The position numbers and the translations under genes are program-made. A stretch of 32,391 bases of DNA, from positions 1-32,391 of the forward strand of contig CALXSO010000116.1 of assembly GCA_944391155.1 (NCBI GenBank), read 5' to 3'. This DNA comes from an uncultured Clostridia bacterium (GTDB lineage Bacteria > Bacillota > Clostridia > TANB77 > CAG-508). The notes under the pieces were generated by a model. The model ran no database searches, was not told where the DNA came from, and worked only from the letters and a program-made list of their open reading frames with translations. This document shows positions 1 through 7,660 of this stretch, in pieces (position 1 is the stretch's first letter; each line of letters begins with the position of its first letter).

Positions 1-278
1 ATTGGTCCATCATCTCTAATAAATCTTTTTATTTCGCCTAGTATATATGGAACTGTATATGTAGAAAGCTTAACTTCAAAACTTGTATCAAACCTTTTTA
101 TGGATTTAATAAAACCTACACATCCAACTTGATATAAATCTTGTAGTTCATAACCTCTATTTGAAAATCTTTTAACTATACTCCATATCAACCCACTATT
201 TTGCCTTATTAATCTATCAAGTTCAAATCTATCTCCTTCTTGAGCTTTCTTTACTGATTGATTATCATTTTCATACAT
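1..278 (-). CDS. sigF: Sporulation sigma factor SigF (SpoIIAC), N-terminal part; the gene runs off the left edge
   Basis: Open-ended, so absent from the ORF track. ATG at 278-276, 11 nt after the spoIIAB stop and preceded by GGGG. Reverse translation MYENDNQSVKKAQEGDRFELDRLIRQNSGLIWSIVKRFSNRGYELQDLYQVGCVGFIKSIKRFD...VPYILGEIKRFIRDDGP looks like sigma-70 region 2. Third gene in the canonical spoIIAA-spoIIAB-sigF order. Confidence 0.85.
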   Translation of the reverse strand, partial: MYENDNQSVKKAQEGDRFELDRLIRQNSGLIWSIVKRFSNRGYELQDLYQVGCVGFIKSIKRFDTSFEVKLSTYTVPYILGEIKRFIRDDGP

Positions 279-289
279 AATTTTAACCC

Positions 290-775
290 CTAATTAATCT
301 TTTGTAATAAATCCATTTCTTCTACATTTTTTTCTTCTTCATCTTCTTTTTTTATCTTCTTACTCATAGTTATTTTTGTTCCTAATCCAACAACAGACTC
401 TATTTCAACATTATCCATAAAACTTTCCATGATTGTAAAACCCATACCTGATCTTTCCAAATTAGGTTTTGTTGTATATAACGGCTCTTTTGCCATTTCT
501 ATATTTTCTATTCCTTTTCCATGATCCGATATTTCTATAATAACCTCATTTTCTTTCAGTTTTGCAGACATTTTTACTATTCCAATTCTATTTTCATATG
601 CATGAATAATACAATTTGTAACCGCTTCCGAAACAGCAGTTTTTATATCTGCTAATTCTTCTATTGTTGGATCCAATTGGGCAGCAAAAGCCGCTATTGT
701 AATTCTCGCAAATGACTCGTTTGAAGACTTACTAATAAATTCTAAATTCATTTCATTATCTATATGTTCTTTCAT
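290..775 (-). CDS. spoIIAB: Anti-sigma F factor SpoIIAB (serine kinase, HATPase_c fold)
   Basis: 161-aa ORF. Motifs [47 protein letters not shown] and [10 protein letters not shown] are typical of SpoIIAB, and it lies between spoIIAA and sigF. An in-frame TAA 3 nt upstream of the ATG at 775 excludes a longer N-terminus. Confidence 0.9.
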   Translation of the reverse strand: MKEHIDNEMNLEFISKSSNESFARITIAAFAAQLDPTIEELADIKTAVSEAVTNCIIHAYENRIGIVKMSAKLKENEVIIEISDHGKGIENIEMAKEPLYTTKPNLERSGMGFTIMESFMDNVEIESVVGLGTKITMSKKIKKEDEEEKNVEEMDLLQKIN

Positions 776-828
776 AATTTATGCTGTGCTATTTTTTCTA
801 GCACATCCTCCTTTTCTCATATTTGTTA

Positions 829-1158
829 CTATCTAAGTGCACTTTCTTGTAAGTCTGTAACAGGTATAAGTTTTAAAATCCCACTCATGTCAAATATTTT
901 TTGGACACTTGGAGTTAAATTAGTAACTTCAAGTTTAGCTCCAAGCATATTTGCAAATTTATATCTCCCTATAATAAAACCTATTCCTGCACTGTCCATG
1001 AAAGTAACACTATCAAAGTCAAATATAACTTTTTTAGGCATATATCTTTCAATTTCATAATCAGCACTCCTCCTCATCTTTTGAACACTATAATCATCAA
1101 TTTCTTCTGAAATTTTAAAAACAAGTAGCTTGTCCTTTTCATAGAACCTAATTTCCAT
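829..1158 (-). CDS. spoIIAA: Anti-sigma F factor antagonist SpoIIAA (STAS domain)
   Basis: 109-aa ORF with the STAS pattern FDFDSVTFMDSAGIGFIIGRY. RBS GAAGGGAAG lies upstream of the ATG at 1158. First gene of the spoIIA operon. Confidence 0.9.
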   Translation of the reverse strand: MEIRFYEKDKLLVFKISEEIDDYSVQKMRRSADYEIERYMPKKVIFDFDSVTFMDSAGIGFIIGRYKFANMLGAKLEVTNLTPSVQKIFDMSGILKLIPVTDLQESALR

Positions 1159-1233
1159 ACAAATCTTCCCTTCTTCATCATTTGATGATATTCATTGTCT
1201 ATATTATAAAGCTTTTTACAATATTTTCCAATA

Positions 1234-1283
1234 GCAAAAAAGAAGAAGTTTTGTCGAAACATAAGAACTTTTCGACAAACTTC
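1234..1283 (-). terminator. Rho-independent terminator after ytfJ; the hairpin also carries two inverted TGTCGAA (Spo0A-box-like) motifs
   Basis: The minus strand reads GAAGTTTGTCGAAAAGTTCTTATGTTTCGACAAAACTTC followed by TTCTTTTTTGC. Arms are 15 nt with one bulge, followed by a T-run. It lies 46 nt downstream of the ytfJ stop. Confidence 0.7.
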
Positions 1284-1328
1284 TTTCTTTTATCTATAAT
1301 ATACAATTATCAAATTAAACAAAAGTAA

Positions 1329-1889
1329 CTATTCATCTTCCATTTGATCATATTCAAATTCATAAGTTGTCTCTTCCTTAATATCTTCTTTAGGTTTTTT
1401 TACTTCCTTTTTTTCATTTTTTTCTTTATTATTATTTTCTTTTATTTTATTTATTATATCTTCCGTCTGTTCTTTCTTAGTTTTAATATGCTTATTCATC
1501 ATACAATTTAGTTTTTCCATTAAATCTGGAATATAATCAAGTAATCTATCCATACAAGAAGAATGATTAACTGGCATTAATCTAACATTATCTTCTGTAA
1601 TAACTAAAAAAGCAATTGGATTAATTGATACTCCTGCACCTGCTCCTCCGCCAAACGGTAATCTATATTGAATTGCCTCTTCTTTATCTACCTTTTTATA
1701 TTCATCAATTGTTTCACCCTTAAACTCACTACCACCTGCTGCAAATCCAAAAGAAACTTTTGATATTGGTATAATAACTATATTATTTGAAGTTTCTATT
1801 GGTTCACCAATAATTGTATTTACATCTATCATATCTTGAATACTATTCATAGCTGTAGTCATAAGACCTTCTATTGGATGTTCGCTCAT
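1329..1889 (-). CDS. ytfJ: Sporulation protein YtfJ/GerW family with a Lys/Glu-rich C-terminal tail
   Basis: ORF 1329..1898. I prefer the ATG at 1889, which is preceded by GGAAAGGTGA. The PIEGLMTTAMNSIQDMIDVNTIIGEPI and GGGAGAGVSINPIAFLVI stretches are characteristic of YtfJ/GerW. Confidence 0.8.
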   Translation of the reverse strand: MSEHPIEGLMTTAMNSIQDMIDVNTIIGEPIETSNNIVIIPISKVSFGFAAGGSEFKGETIDEYKKVDKEEAIQYRLPFGGGAGAGVSINPIAFLVITEDNVRLMPVNHSSCMDRLLDYIPDLMEKLNCMMNKHIKTKKEQTEDIINKIKENNNKEKNEKKEVKKPKEDIKEETTYEFEYDQMEDE

Positions 1890-2481
1890 ATTTTTCACCT
1901 TTCCTTTCTTTTCTAATCTTACATATCGTATCTATAATATGTATCAGTTTTATCTCAAATATACCTTCAAAGTTGAAATTAAAAATATTTTTATCAATAT
2001 AAATTGGTTTTATTTCAAAATTTAGTGTATACTCTTTTTCTAAATATTTTTTGAGAAATAAAACCACAATCGTACTTAAAAACGGTATTATTAAAGCTGT
2101 CAAAGCTGCATTTTCTGTTCCTAATTCTATATATAATTCAATTTTTTTAATATTAAATCTTACTTTTTTTGCTATTTCAAATATTTTTCTATCTATATTA
2201 TTTTCATTGTTAATAATCTCTCTATTTATTTTATCTATTTTGCTTTTATATTTCTTATTCGTAGACAATTTAACTAATTTTTCTTCATCTATAACAATCT
2301 TTCCAATATGTATTTTTTCAAAAATGGATATAACAATTGAAATTTCAAAATTTGAGTTAATATATTTTCCTTTAATTTTTTTAGAACTTATTTTTAGATT
2401 AACAACTTCTATCTCAATTTTTAATGTTAATATTGACAAAATCAAAAATAAAAAAATAAGAATAACAAAAAGAAAAACCAA
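1843..2481 (-). CDS. YtfI-like (DUF2953-type) membrane protein encoded upstream of ytfJ
   Basis: ORF 1843..2562. Both candidate starts are TTG; the one at 2481 follows AAAGAGG and opens directly into a TM helix (LVFLFVILIFLFLILSILTL). It overlaps the ytfJ start. The family call rests mainly on synteny with ytfJ and on topology. Confidence 0.5.
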   Translation of the reverse strand: MVFLFVILIFLFLILSILTLKIEIEVVNLKISSKKIKGKYINSNFEISIVISIFEKIHIGKIVIDEEKLVKLSTNKKYKSKIDKINREIINNENNIDRKIFEIAKKVRFNIKKIELYIELGTENAALTALIIPFLSTIVVLFLKKYLEKEYTLNFEIKPIYIDKNIFNFNFEGIFEIKLIHIIDTICKIRKERKGEKYERTSNRRSYDYSYE

Positions 2482-2569
2482 TATTTTCACCTCTTTTCGG
2501 TTTAATATTAGTTTTTCCAATTTATATATTTTTAAACAAATACTTTCAATTATTTTAAACAAACTATAT

Positions 2570-3325
2570 TTAACTTATTTTCTTTCTCTTTTCTACATAA
2601 ATATCTCCAAACAATTCTTCTTGATTAGTTTGAACTTTATCTCTTCTTGATAATTCTAAAAGTCCACTAAATGCTGTTACAACTTCCTGTTTATTACTTG
2701 TTTTTAAAGAAAATAATTTATTAAATATAAATTTTTTTTGCTTTATCAGCACTCTAAACATTTCTTTAACTTTATCTGCTACAGTATAATGTTCTACAAG
2801 TGCAATTTTTTCTATATTTTTGGCATCTTTATTTAATCTTACACTAGTTCGTTCTACAAGATTTTGATATACCTCTGGTATAATTTTACTATCATACTTT
2901 GCTTCTAACTCTTGTTTTGGTAATAGAACATTTTCTGGTTGTTTATAAATCCTATTTGAATACACATTATATTTCTCTCTAAATATTTGGCTAATACTTT
3001 TATATTTTTTATATTCTATAATTCTTTTAATAAGTTCTTCTTCTGTAAGTTCTTCCTCTGATTCTTCTTGCTTTGGCAATAAATTTTTTGATTTTAGATA
3101 TAATAAAGTTGATGCCATAACTAAAAATTCACTTGCAATTTCTAAATTCATTTTTTCCATTTCTTCCAAGTATTCTACATATTGATCTGTTATTTCTGTC
3201 AAATTTATTTCTTCAATTTTCATTTTATTTTTTTCTATAAGATATAACAATAAATCAATAGGGCCTTCAAAATTATCTATTTTTATTTCATATTTTTTAG
3301 TCTCTAATGTTAGTATTCCAGACAT
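2570..3325 (-). CDS. scpA: Segregation and condensation protein A (kleisin ScpA)
   Basis: 251 aa. The N-terminal FEGPIDLLLYLIEKNKMKIEEINLTEITDQY signature and the C-terminal winged-helix-like VVTAFSGLLELSRRDKV match ScpA. TAATG overlap with the recX stop. Confidence 0.85.
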   Translation of the reverse strand: MSGILTLETKKYEIKIDNFEGPIDLLLYLIEKNKMKIEEINLTEITDQYVEYLEEMEKMNLEIASEFLVMASTLLYLKSKNLLPKQEESEEELTEEELIKRIIEYKKYKSISQIFREKYNVYSNRIYKQPENVLLPKQELEAKYDSKIIPEVYQNLVERTSVRLNKDAKNIEKIALVEHYTVADKVKEMFRVLIKQKKFIFNKLFSLKTSNKQEVVTAFSGLLELSRRDKVQTNQEELFGDIYVEKRKKIS

Positions 3326-3774
3326 TATTCTATCTCCTCCATTGCATTTTTTACACTTTCTGAACTATAGCCCTTCTTTAATAAATATTGTTTAATCTCT
3401 TCTAGCTCCATACTTGTGCTTTTTTTATAAATTATATTTTTTGCAGACTTTTTTTCATAATCTTCTAGTTCCTCATAATTTTCTGAAATATATTCTTCAA
3501 TTTTATCTTTTGAAATTCCCTTATATAATAATTTATATCTTATTTCTCTTAATGATAAATTTTTCAAATTGCAGAACTGGTTAACTGTTTTTTCGATATA
3601 TTCATTATCATTAATATAACCTGCATCTTTTAAATAATCAATAACATCTTTTAATAACTCTTCCTGTATCATTCTCCCAAATTTTGTAATAACTTCATTT
3701 TCAGTTCTTTTTTTATATAAAATATATTTTAAAACTTTTGTTTTTGCTTCATCAAATTCTTCTACTGTATACAT
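3325..3774 (-). CDS. recX: RecX family regulatory protein
   Basis: 149 aa with three repeated helical modules (KVLKYILYKKRTENEV; DVIDYLKDAGYINDNEY; LLKKGYSSESVKNAM), typical of RecX. Confidence 0.65.
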   Translation of the reverse strand: MYTVEEFDEAKTKVLKYILYKKRTENEVITKFGRMIQEELLKDVIDYLKDAGYINDNEYIEKTVNQFCNLKNLSLREIRYKLLYKGISKDKIEEYISENYEELEDYEKKSAKNIIYKKSTSMELEEIKQYLLKKGYSSESVKNAMEEIE

Positions 3775-3815
3775 TAAATATAAAAACTTCCTTTCTAAAT
3801 ACTTATTTAGAATAT

Positions 3816-5555
3816 TTATTTAAATCGTCTTCCTTTTCCTTTTCTTTTTTCATCTTCAAAAGTTATATCTTTATCAAAGGATTGATTTAAATATTGTTCA
3901 CGCAATTCTTCCTTACTTGAAAATGCTGGTTTGAATTCATATTCCTCAGTTTCACCATCATCTACATCTTCATCTTCAATATTTTCATCTATTTCTTCTA
4001 TTTTTTTATTTTTCTTCTTTCTCTTTCTTTTGTCATTATCTTGAATATTTTCTTCTAAATCAATATTTGTATTAGGCTCTTCTAGTGTTAAATCTCTATT
4101 AAACCAATCATCATTTTCTGAATTATCAAATTTATCTGTAATTTTTTGATAAGAATTTTCATCACCATCATAATATTCATCATTATCATCCATTCCTTGA
4201 TAAGGGATAGAATATTCTTCTGCTAATTTTTTATTTCTTATACGTCTTATAATTAAAACAATTGCTATAATTACTATTACAGCTATAACTAGTGCTATTG
4301 CAATAATTTTTTTATTTTTTTCTTGTTTTTCTAATTCTTGCTCTCTAGCTATTGCTTCTTCATCTACTAAAGTTTTTGTTAATTTTATTTGATATGCCGC
4401 TGTTTTATCTCCTGCTTCATTTGTTACTAATATTGTAATTAGATTTTCTCCCTCTTTTAATGCTTCATTTCCAGTTATTTCAACTTTAGCATTTTCTTCT
4501 GTTGCTATTGCTGTTATATCTAATTTTTCTCTATTTCCAATTAATTTGGCTGTATATTCATATGTTTCTACAGAAAAAGAAGGATCTAATTCAATTCCAT
4601 CTATTTTTAATTCTGAAAGTCCAAATTCAGAATTTTCATCAGTCACCTGTGCATTTTCATCAGTCACCTCTGCATTTTCATCAGTAGTATTTTGATCTTC
4701 TTGATTTTCTTCTTCAGTATTTTCTGATGCTTCTCTATTTACTGTCACTGTATATGTCTTTGTTGTTGTACCATTTGGTGCTGTAACAACTACGTTAAAA
4801 GAATTTGCACCCTCATTTAAGCTTTTCGTTCCTGTTCCAGAAATTTTTTGGCCTGTTTGACCGATATTTGCATAAACTTCTACACTAGTAACTGAATTAG
4901 GTACTGTTACAGAATATGATGTTCTATTAGGTGTAAATCCTGAAAAATCATTTGGTCTTATTCCTAAATTTGATAAATTTGCATTATTTGAATTTGCATT
5001 ATTTGTTGCTGAAGTTGATGATCCAGAAGAAGTACCTGTTGATGAACTTCCAGATGATCCCCCTGATGATGCTCCTCCATTTGAACTTCCTGAACCAGTA
5101 TTTCCAGTTGTTCCTCCTGTTCCTGTACCTGTTGAACCATTACCCGGATTTGAATTATTTCCAGATGAAGTATTCCCTCCTGTTGATGCACTTTGAACAG
5201 TAATTTGTGCTGATTGACTTACTGTTTGAGAATAATTAGAATTAAAATCCGTAATATCACCTGTCAAAGTTACAGTTGTATTTTGTGTTGCTACAAATGT
5301 AATACTTGCACTAGCTGAATCATTTCCTGCACTACTAGTTTGACCAACTAATGGTTGACTTTGTCCTCCTCCTGATAATGTCAAATTCCAAGCTCCAGCA
5401 TTTACAGATGCTGTCACTGTTACTGTTTGACCAGCTGTTACTGTTTGACTTCCAGAAATACTTGCTGATGCTGCATTTACTTTATTTTGATTAAATATAC
5501 AAAATGTAATAAATACACCTACTAAAATTAAGATTTTTTTTATTTGCTTTCTCAT
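3816..5555 (-). CDS. Surface protein: signal peptide, beta-rich N-domain, S/G/T/N low-complexity linker, two cadherin-like beta-sandwich repeats, one TM helix, and a highly charged cytoplasmic tail
   Basis: ORF 3816..5582. The ATG at 5555 (MRKQIKKILILVGV) follows GAAGGGAGAAG. The repeats LSNLGIRPNDFSGFTPNRTSYSVTVPN...YTVTVNR and LSELKIDGIELDPSFSVETYEYTAKL...YQIKLTK fit the cadherin-like beta-sandwich pattern. TM helix is IIAIALVIAVIVIIAIVLII. Confidence 0.7.
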   Translation of the reverse strand: MRKQIKKILILVGVFITFCIFNQNKVNAASASISGSQTVTAGQTVTVTASVNAGAWNLTLSGGGQSQPLVGQTSSAGNDSASASITFVATQNTTVTLTGDITDFNSNYSQTVSQSAQITVQSASTGGNTSSGNNSNPGNGSTGTGTGGTTGNTGSGSSNGGASSGGSSGSSSTGTSSGSSTSATNNANSNNANLSNLGIRPNDFSGFTPNRTSYSVTVPNSVTSVEVYANIGQTGQKISGTGTKSLNEGANSFNVVVTAPNGTTTKTYTVTVNREASENTEEENQEDQNTTDENAEVTDENAQVTDENSEFGLSELKIDGIELDPSFSVETYEYTAKLIGNREKLDITAIATEENAKVEITGNEALKEGENLITILVTNEAGDKTAAYQIKLTKTLVDEEAIAREQELEKQEKNKKIIAIALVIAVIVIIAIVLIIRRIRNKKLAEEYSIPYQGMDDNDEYYDGDENSYQKITDKFDNSENDDWFNRDLTLEEPNTNIDLEENIQDNDKRKRKKKNKKIEEIDENIEDEDVDDGETEEYEFKPAFSSKEELREQYLNQSFDKDITFEDEKRKGKGRRFK

Positions 5556-5571
5556 TAGACTTCTCCCTTCA

Positions 5572-7323
5572 CTATACTTCAATATCAGATACTCCTAATA
5601 GATATTTTTGAATTTTTAATAAATCTGCTGAATCTATTTTATTATCACTGTTTGCATCACCAGCTTTAAAATTAGTTTCCTTTAAAGCTGTTACATTTAA
5701 TAAATGTTTTTGTACTGATAATAAATCTGCTGAATCTATTTTTCCATCTCCGTTTGGATCACCTTTTTTTGTTATAGTATAAATATCTTCTACAATATAC
5801 CCTGTTCCAATTATAGATTGCTCATTTTCTAAATAACTTCCATCAGATTTTACTATTTTTGCAGTTCCTCCAAATGCATCCAAAATATCTTGTGCTTTTA
5901 CTTCAGGTTTTACCGTAATTGTTTTAGTGGCTTCATCTATTTTCACTTTTTCGGTATCTGTTGGTGTAACTGGCGTTGTTGGATTTTCAGGAGTTGTTAT
6001 ATCTGTTGGTGGTGTCTCTGTTCCTGCATTTTCATCATCATTACCGCCTATTGGTACAAGATATAATTTATATGTAGCTTCATTTTCATAAGTTTCTCTT
6101 GCTGCATATCCTATTGTTCCATCAGATTTTTGTACCTTATCCCAATATGTTCCATTAACTTTTGTTGTTGCCTTTTCTAACCTAGATACAATTTCATCTT
6201 TATATAACCATCCAACTGTTGTACCTCCATTAGGTTCATTTCTAAGTCTCAAAGATGGGTTTGCATCTACTTTAACTAAATCAGTTCCTACAATTGCACT
6301 TCCTGATGAATTTGGTCTTTCACAAGGCTGTGCCGGCATGTTTTTATATACAGGTATTATAAAAGTATGTGAAGAAAATACTGAATTTATATCTTCATAT
6401 GTTTTTCTTAATGTATTTCCTTCAGATTGAGCCGCCATTATATTTTGCTGATATTGATGAACATATGGTCCTCCTGAATTTGTTGTTACATTAAATTTTT
6501 GTAAATACAATGTATTTTGCCCTTGTTTTATATAGTTGTCTGCTACAAAACTTATTCCTCCACTTATTGACTTTTCTAGTGTATCCCATCCTTTTTTCTG
6601 AGCATATGCTAGTCCATTTGCTATAACCTGTTCTGTTGAATTTCCAGATGCTCCTATATTAAATGCATTAAAATATCCTGATTCTCCAGAAACTAATGTT
6701 GAACCATTTCTTCCTTGCTCTTGTATTATTCTCGCAACAATATAATAAGCATTTACATTGTAACTATTTGCTGTATCTAATATTCCTTGCTCATGTCCCT
6801 GCAAAAAAGTTCCTTGAGTCATTGATTGCAAGCTTGTTAAATTACATCCAGGATTTGTTAACTCTTCAAATTGAAATATATCTGTCTGATTTAATGAGTT
6901 TCTAGGATCCATCATATATGCTATTGCTTGTTCTGAAGCACATCTCCAACTCCCATTATCATAAGGTTTATCACCACATATTGAACATATCCATTCTCCT
7001 TGATAAGTCCCTGATTTCTGTACAAGATTTTTTGGTGATGCCCCATGTCCCTGATATTCTCCACTTATTACATCACTCCAATTTAAATCAGTATATAATA
7101 TCTTAAAATTCCAATTAGGATATTTAGATTTTAATGATGCTATCATACTCTTTATCCCTGGATATTCTGTTTCATTTAGAGTATTATAATCTGAACTAAT
7201 TGATTGACTAGCATATGATTTAGTGTTTATACATATTGATAATAAACTATATGCTAGAAATACAAAAATAAGAATAGTTGAAATAATATTTTTATGACCT
7301 TTATTTTTATATTTATATTCCAT
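5572..7323 (-). CDS. Secreted GH73-type N-acetylglucosaminidase with an SH3 domain and a C-terminal type-I dockerin
   Basis: ORF 5572..7338. The ATG at 7323 lies 8 nt after GGAGG. Glucosaminidase core is YYIVARIIQEQGRNGSTLVSGESGYFNAFNIGA. SH3-like stretch is LRLRNEPNGGTTVGWLYKDEIV...YWDKVQKSDGTIGYA. Duplicated calcium-binding dockerin segments are GDPNGDGKIDSADLLSVQKHLL and GDANSDNKIDSADLLKIQKYLL. Confidence 0.75.
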   Translation of the reverse strand: MEYKYKNKGHKNIISTILIFVFLAYSLLSICINTKSYASQSISSDYNTLNETEYPGIKSMIASLKSKYPNWNFKILYTDLNWSDVISGEYQGHGASPKNLVQKSGTYQGEWICSICGDKPYDNGSWRCASEQAIAYMMDPRNSLNQTDIFQFEELTNPGCNLTSLQSMTQGTFLQGHEQGILDTANSYNVNAYYIVARIIQEQGRNGSTLVSGESGYFNAFNIGASGNSTEQVIANGLAYAQKKGWDTLEKSISGGISFVADNYIKQGQNTLYLQKFNVTTNSGGPYVHQYQQNIMAAQSEGNTLRKTYEDINSVFSSHTFIIPVYKNMPAQPCERPNSSGSAIVGTDLVKVDANPSLRLRNEPNGGTTVGWLYKDEIVSRLEKATTKVNGTYWDKVQKSDGTIGYAARETYENEATYKLYLVPIGGNDDENAGTETPPTDITTPENPTTPVTPTDTEKVKIDEATKTITVKPEVKAQDILDAFGGTAKIVKSDGSYLENEQSIIGTGYIVEDIYTITKKGDPNGDGKIDSADLLSVQKHLLNVTALKETNFKAGDANSDNKIDSADLLKIQKYLLGVSDIEV

Positions 7324-7382
7324 TTGTTTTTCCTCCAAAATCTTTTGTTTCTTGATGTTTTTTTCTCTTTTTTGACAAGCAT

Positions 7383-7411
7383 ATTATATCATTTGAGTTT
7401 TTTTTAGTCAA
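7383..7411 (-). promoter_or_regulatory. Sigma-A-type promoter for the glucosaminidase gene
   Basis: The minus strand reads TTGACT, a 17-nt spacer ending in TGa, then TATAAT. It lies about 60 nt upstream of the ATG at 7323. Confidence 0.55.
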
Positions 7412-7440
7412 CAATTTAATACAAATTCATTTTGTATTCT

Positions 7441-7568
7441 GTTACTATTCGGTTACACTTCAGACTTCGTTTTTTAGAGTAATCTGAAAGGTTGATATAT
7501 AAGCATTTTTTGTCAAAAGCCAATAGATAAACTCAAGCTATGTTTTTAACAAAAATACTTATATATCA
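7441..7568. mobile_element. Truncated, rearranged copy of the hairpin MITE family (copy a)
   Basis: Starts GTTACTATTCG, followed by an R-arm-type sequence GTTACACTTCAGACTTCGTTTTTTAGAGTAATCTGAAAGGTTGATATATAAG, then the centre and the inner repeat ...AAAAATACTTATATATCAA. The far arm and terminus are missing, and there is no TSD. Confidence 0.55.
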
Positions 7569-7610
7569 AAAAAACTCACACAAAGAATAATAATTCTTTA
7601 TATGAGTTTT
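7566..7610 (-). terminator. Rho-independent terminator after rny
   Basis: The minus strand reads AAACTCATATAAAGAAT-TATT-ATTCTTTGTGTGAGTTT followed by TTTTT. It lies about 50 nt downstream of the rny stop. Confidence 0.7.
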
Positions 7611-7660
7611 AAAATAATTTTTTGTGCTTAATACTTTATTATTTATAATATTATACAACT

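Noticed and set aside
764-1060. Plus-strand ORFs lying antisense to long minus-strand genes: 764-1060, 2051-2650, 12718-13173, 13112-13513, 13801-14304, 15726-16172, 23275-23701, 23964-24221, 26766-27212 and 30083-30364
   Set aside because: All are shadow frames inside well-supported genes on the other strand. Their translations are F/L/I/S-rich low-complexity strings with no RBS and no recognisable motif, as expected in AT-rich DNA where stop codons are depleted antisense to real genes.
1074-1262. 62-aa minus-strand ORF spanning the spoIIAA start and the upstream terminator
   Set aside because: It overlaps the spoIIAA start region and the ytfJ terminator hairpin, lacks an RBS, and has a composition typical of a non-coding frame.
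4952-5203. Overlapping ORFs on both strands (4952-5203 plus, 4964-5191 minus) within the surface-protein gene
   Set aside because: They are alternative frames of the S/G/T/N low-complexity tract of the 3816-5555 CDS, with repetitive Q/L/H-rich translations and no start signals.
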